From Octopus sinensis (lineage: Eukaryota), in the NCBI RefSeq assembly GCF_006345805.1, contig NW_021836338.1, positions 1 to 24,769 of the forward strand: 24,769 bases of DNA, given 5' to 3'. The translations under genes and the position numbers were made by a program. Positions 21,769 through 24,769 of the stretch are shown here, piece after piece (position 1 is the first letter of the stretch; each line of letters begins with the position of its first letter). The notes below the pieces were generated by a model. It was not told where the DNA came from, made no database searches, and saw only the letters and a program-made list of their open reading frames with translations.

Positions 21769-21867
<99 letters not shown>

Positions 21868-21912
21868 GTCTGTATGTCTGTCTGTCTGTCTGTCTGCCTA
21901 CCTATCTGTCTA
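21499..21912. repeat. (TCTA)n grading into (TCTG)n, about 410 bp
   Basis: Direct reading; source of the three SIYL-repeat ORFs. Confidence 0.95.
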
Positions 21913-22286
21913 TATTACGATTTTCATTGCCTCTTTAAAATTTTTCCTATCTTATTCAATCGCTTTCTGCTGTTTCCGTCGCTACGTCTTTTACAATTTA
22001 TTATCCGTGCTTTTAGCAAACAAGTTACTTTTGAATATACGTATTCCTAATTCCTTCACTCTTCCCAGATTCTGTTCTTTCAATAGCTTATTTAGATTTT
22101 TCACAAATTCTTCACGAAGATTCCTCAATGTTACTGCTCCATTCATCAAGCCTTTTATTGTATTTATCTATTTTATTTTTTATTTTATTTATTTTTAATT
22201 TTTTCAAGTGGTTTCACAAAAAATATCCGATATCTGGCTTTTATAAAATTAAATACTGCAGCCGATGTATTCGGCTAACATTTTCC

Positions 22287-22348
22287 AAGGCGGTGCCCTA
22301 GCATGGCCGCAGTCCATTGACTGAGACAAGCAAGCGATAAAAGATAAA
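22287..22348 (+). mobile_element. SINE family 1, 3' terminal fragment
   Basis: AAGGCGGTGCCCTAGCATGGCCGCAGTCCATTGACTGAGACAAG matches the reverse complement of 7171-7225. Confidence 0.75.
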
Positions 22349-22699
22349 AAATATATAACCCTTCTTACTATATATAATATATCTATATTCTATATCTATA
22401 TATATATATAATATATTATATATATATATATGTATATATTGTTTGTGTGTTTGTGTGTTTGTTCGTGATTGCGTTTGTATGTTTTGTGTGAATTTGTGTT
22501 TGTGTGACTGTTCGTGTGTGTGCGTGTGTTTGTGTGTGTTTGTGCGTGTGTATGTGTGTGTGAGCATGTGTGTTTCTATGTGTGCGTATACATGAATGCA
22601 TACAGTTATGAATATCTGTATAAGCCCGACCTGGGAGTAAGCCGATTTATGAATATCCTTATATACATGGGAAGAGTAAGTCGTTTAGCAGGTCCCCGT

Positions 22700-22974
22700 T
22701 GAAAAGGAACAAAATATGAATTAATCACAAACCAGTTTTGCTATTACCACTTATGTAATTGTCCGATCTCATTCGGACTTTTGAACAATAACCGCAAGTG
22801 TAATTGGTAGAACTGTATACATGTTCAATTTCATGCGGACGTTCTGTGTATAGTTCTGCAAATTATATTTGCAAAGACGATCATACTGATGAGCTACGGA
22901 CAATTACGTAAATAATTACGTAAGTGGTAATAGCGAAATTGGTTTGTAATTAATCTATATTTTGTTTCTTTTCA
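22700..22974. mobile_element. Mini-element with outward-facing inverted HHR-bearing arms (family C; PLE inverted-pLTR type)
   Basis: Arms about 22700-22780 and 22886-22974 are reverse complements (right arm has a small AATTACGTA duplication); HHR in right arm. Confidence 0.75.
22879..22951 (+). ncRNA. Type-I hammerhead motif with intact conserved core
   Basis: GATCATA-CTGATGA-GCTA..TAGC-GAAA-TTGGT-T-TGTAATT. Canonical G10.1-C11.1; stem III ATTGGT looks like decayed ACCGGT; stem I 6 of 7 pairs with wobbles; GUU site. Confidence 0.65.
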
Positions 22975-23029
22975 TTTGTCTTGCTCGCTTATGAAAGAAG
23001 ATTTGAAAATGCAATTTTAAACATGTTTA

Positions 23030-23077
23030 TTCACTTGACCGGTTTCGCTTTTTTAGAAAAAGATTATCAAAAGTAAA
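23030..23077 (-). ncRNA. Minimal type-I hammerhead, U3:A8 core variant
   Basis: Minus strand: TTTACTT-TTGATAA-T-CTTTTT CTA AAAAAG-C-GAAA-CCGGT-C-AAGTGAA. Confidence 0.7.
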
Positions 23078-23425
23078 ATGTAAAGCTTTGCATAAGCTGT
23101 GCTGTGTTAAGTACTGGCAGTACCAAAAAATACTAGGAATACAGGTTGGTTCCTCTCAAATCTTTGTAAACTCTTAAATATATCTCCTTCTGTATATATA
23201 TATATATATTATATATATATATATAATATATTATATATATATACTACCAAACAAACAGGATTTATATTGAACTCCTAATACTTTTTGCTGAATATTTTCT
23301 TAAATACTTTCTTGTAAACCGTTTTTAACATTTTCTTATTGTTATCATAGAAAGTGTATATGTATTTTTATACTTTTGTATTTACCAGTACTTAACACAA
23401 CAAAGCTTATACAAAGCTTTTACAT

Positions 23426-23473
23426 TTTACTTTTGATAATCTTTTTCTAAAAAAGTGAAACCGGTCAAGTGAA
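23426..23473 (+). ncRNA. Minimal type-I hammerhead, U3:A8 core variant
   Basis: TTTACTT-TTGATAA-T-CTTTTT CTA AAAAAG-T-GAAA-CCGGT-C-AAGTGAA; 47/48 identical to the minus-strand copy. Confidence 0.65.
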
Positions 23474-23559
23474 TAAACATCTTTAAAATTGTATTTTCAA
23501 ACCTTCTTTCATATATATTTCCACTCGTGTGGTACCTTACAACTTCACTTTGTTTTATA

Positions 23560-23590
<31 letters not shown>

Positions 23591-23610
23591 ATATATATAT
23601 ATATATATAT

Positions 23611-23768
23611 GCGATGAGTTTTTTCAATTTCCGTCTACCAAATCCATTCAGAAGGCCTTGATCGTACCGAGGCTACAGTAGAATAAATTTGCCCAGGGGG
23701 GGCAAACAATGGGACTGAACGCAGAACCATGTGCTTGGGAAGCAAGTTTCTTATTCCACTGCCACATG
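23611..23768 (-). mobile_element. SINE family 1, diverged 5' part
   Basis: TTTCCGTCTACCAAATCCA..AAGGC..CGAGGCTACAGTAGAA..GGGACTGAAC..AGAACCATGTG..AAGCAAG. Confidence 0.8.
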
Positions 23769-24329
23769 CAGACGGTGTTCTTCGATAAATTTATTTATAA
23801 GTAATTTAAACCGTTAATTGGGACCACAGCTTCGCATGTCTTTGTTAGTCGAGAAGAGACCTATAGACCTAAGCATAACTTGTATTGCTTCACATAAAAC
23901 GAAACACATCATTGATCAAAGGTGGCTGCCTTCTTCACATTGATGTCTAAAATTTTGCAGTTATTCACAGTTATTGGTTTATATAAAAAAAAGAAAACTG
24001 ATAAAGCAGAAACACGCATCCAGCGGTAATATATATTGATCCAGTCTTCGTGCAAATTGTCATTCAGGGTGACATATTTTCTACCGAGCTGCAAAGAAAT
24101 TATATCTAACCTCACAAGAGAATATTTTCTGAAATTTTAATACATTTAAATGTAAACTTTGCCAGAAATTACGAGAACTTGGCATAAACCTATGAAATAT
24201 AGGCACAAATCAAATTTTCGGAAAAAAAAATTTCGTTTCACCCGTTAGGATAATTATGTTATATTCCTTTGATTGAGCACCTTCAAACTCTGTTTGCCAT
24301 TATAATATTGACTTAATCCGAATATGTGT

Positions 24330-24474
24330 CTTTGTGTGAATCTGTATATGTGATATATATATATTTGGATGTAGATAGAGACAGAGAGATCCATAAAGAC
24401 ACAAACACATACATGCACACCCAGGCACATACACATGCATATATATATATATATGTGTGTTGTATGCAGTTATG

Positions 24475-24520
<46 letters not shown>

Positions 24521-24616
24521 TAGCTATATGCATATATGGTGTATAAGAACATATATTTATATCTGCGTGTGTATGTGCATGAAATACTTCACTCCATATG
24601 TATATATTATATATAT

Positions 24617-24648
<32 letters not shown>

Positions 24649-24740
24649 CATACTCACACTCACACACAGATACATGTACACGCACAAACATACTTGTGTT
24701 TGTGTGCGTTTAATTGTCTAATTTATTTATATATATATAA
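24330..24740. repeat. (TA)/(CA)/(GA) low-complexity block
   Basis: Direct reading. Confidence 0.9.
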
Positions 24741-24769
24741 CTGTGTATGTCTTTGCATGCAGACGTGAA

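Larger units (their letters stand above)
22991..23512. mobile_element. Mini-element with about 127-bp outward-facing inverted arms, each with an HHR (family D)
   Basis: 22991-23117 vs 23385-23512 about 94% identical by manual count; 267-bp spacer with (TA)n; AATAAA follows each HHR. Confidence 0.8.

Noticed and set aside
671-24713. Supplied six-frame ORFs as genes
   Set aside because: Nearly all translate microsatellites (YI, HT, CV, SIYL, poly-F/K/S/N) or SINE sequence; none shows a recognisable domain.
1-24769. CRISPR arrays, operons, prokaryotic defence systems, rRNA
   Set aside because: No repeat-spacer periodicity, gene-dense coding DNA or rRNA-like sequence; the window is clearly eukaryotic non-coding DNA.

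Overview
This is eukaryotic, very AT-rich, microsatellite-dense DNA with no bacterial, phage or CRISPR features. The repeat content points to an Octopus-like coleoid cephalopod. That rests on my recognition of abundant octopus repeats, not on a database search. The supplied ORFs are almost all microsatellite artefacts, and no protein-coding gene can be named. The best host-gene trace is a weak candidate pair of terminal exons at 4313-4487. About 14 tRNA-derived SINE copies from 3-4 families are present, four with clear 11-16 bp target-site duplications, plus MITE-like elements, a possible solo LTR and decayed retroelement ORF fragments. The most interesting signal is a set of minimal type-I hammerhead ribozyme (HHR) motifs in Penelope-like (PLE) pseudo-LTR remnants, from about five unrelated sequence families. 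At 22700-23512 two different mini-elements sit 16 bp apart, each built as an outward-facing inverted pair of HHR-bearing arms. The second carries a compensatory U3:A8 core (UUGAUAA instead of CUGAUGA) in both arms and a loop-less palindromic stem III that can only fold as a dimer. HHRs in PLEs are a known phenomenon; I cannot verify whether these families or this arrangement are described. All alignments and folds were done by eye.
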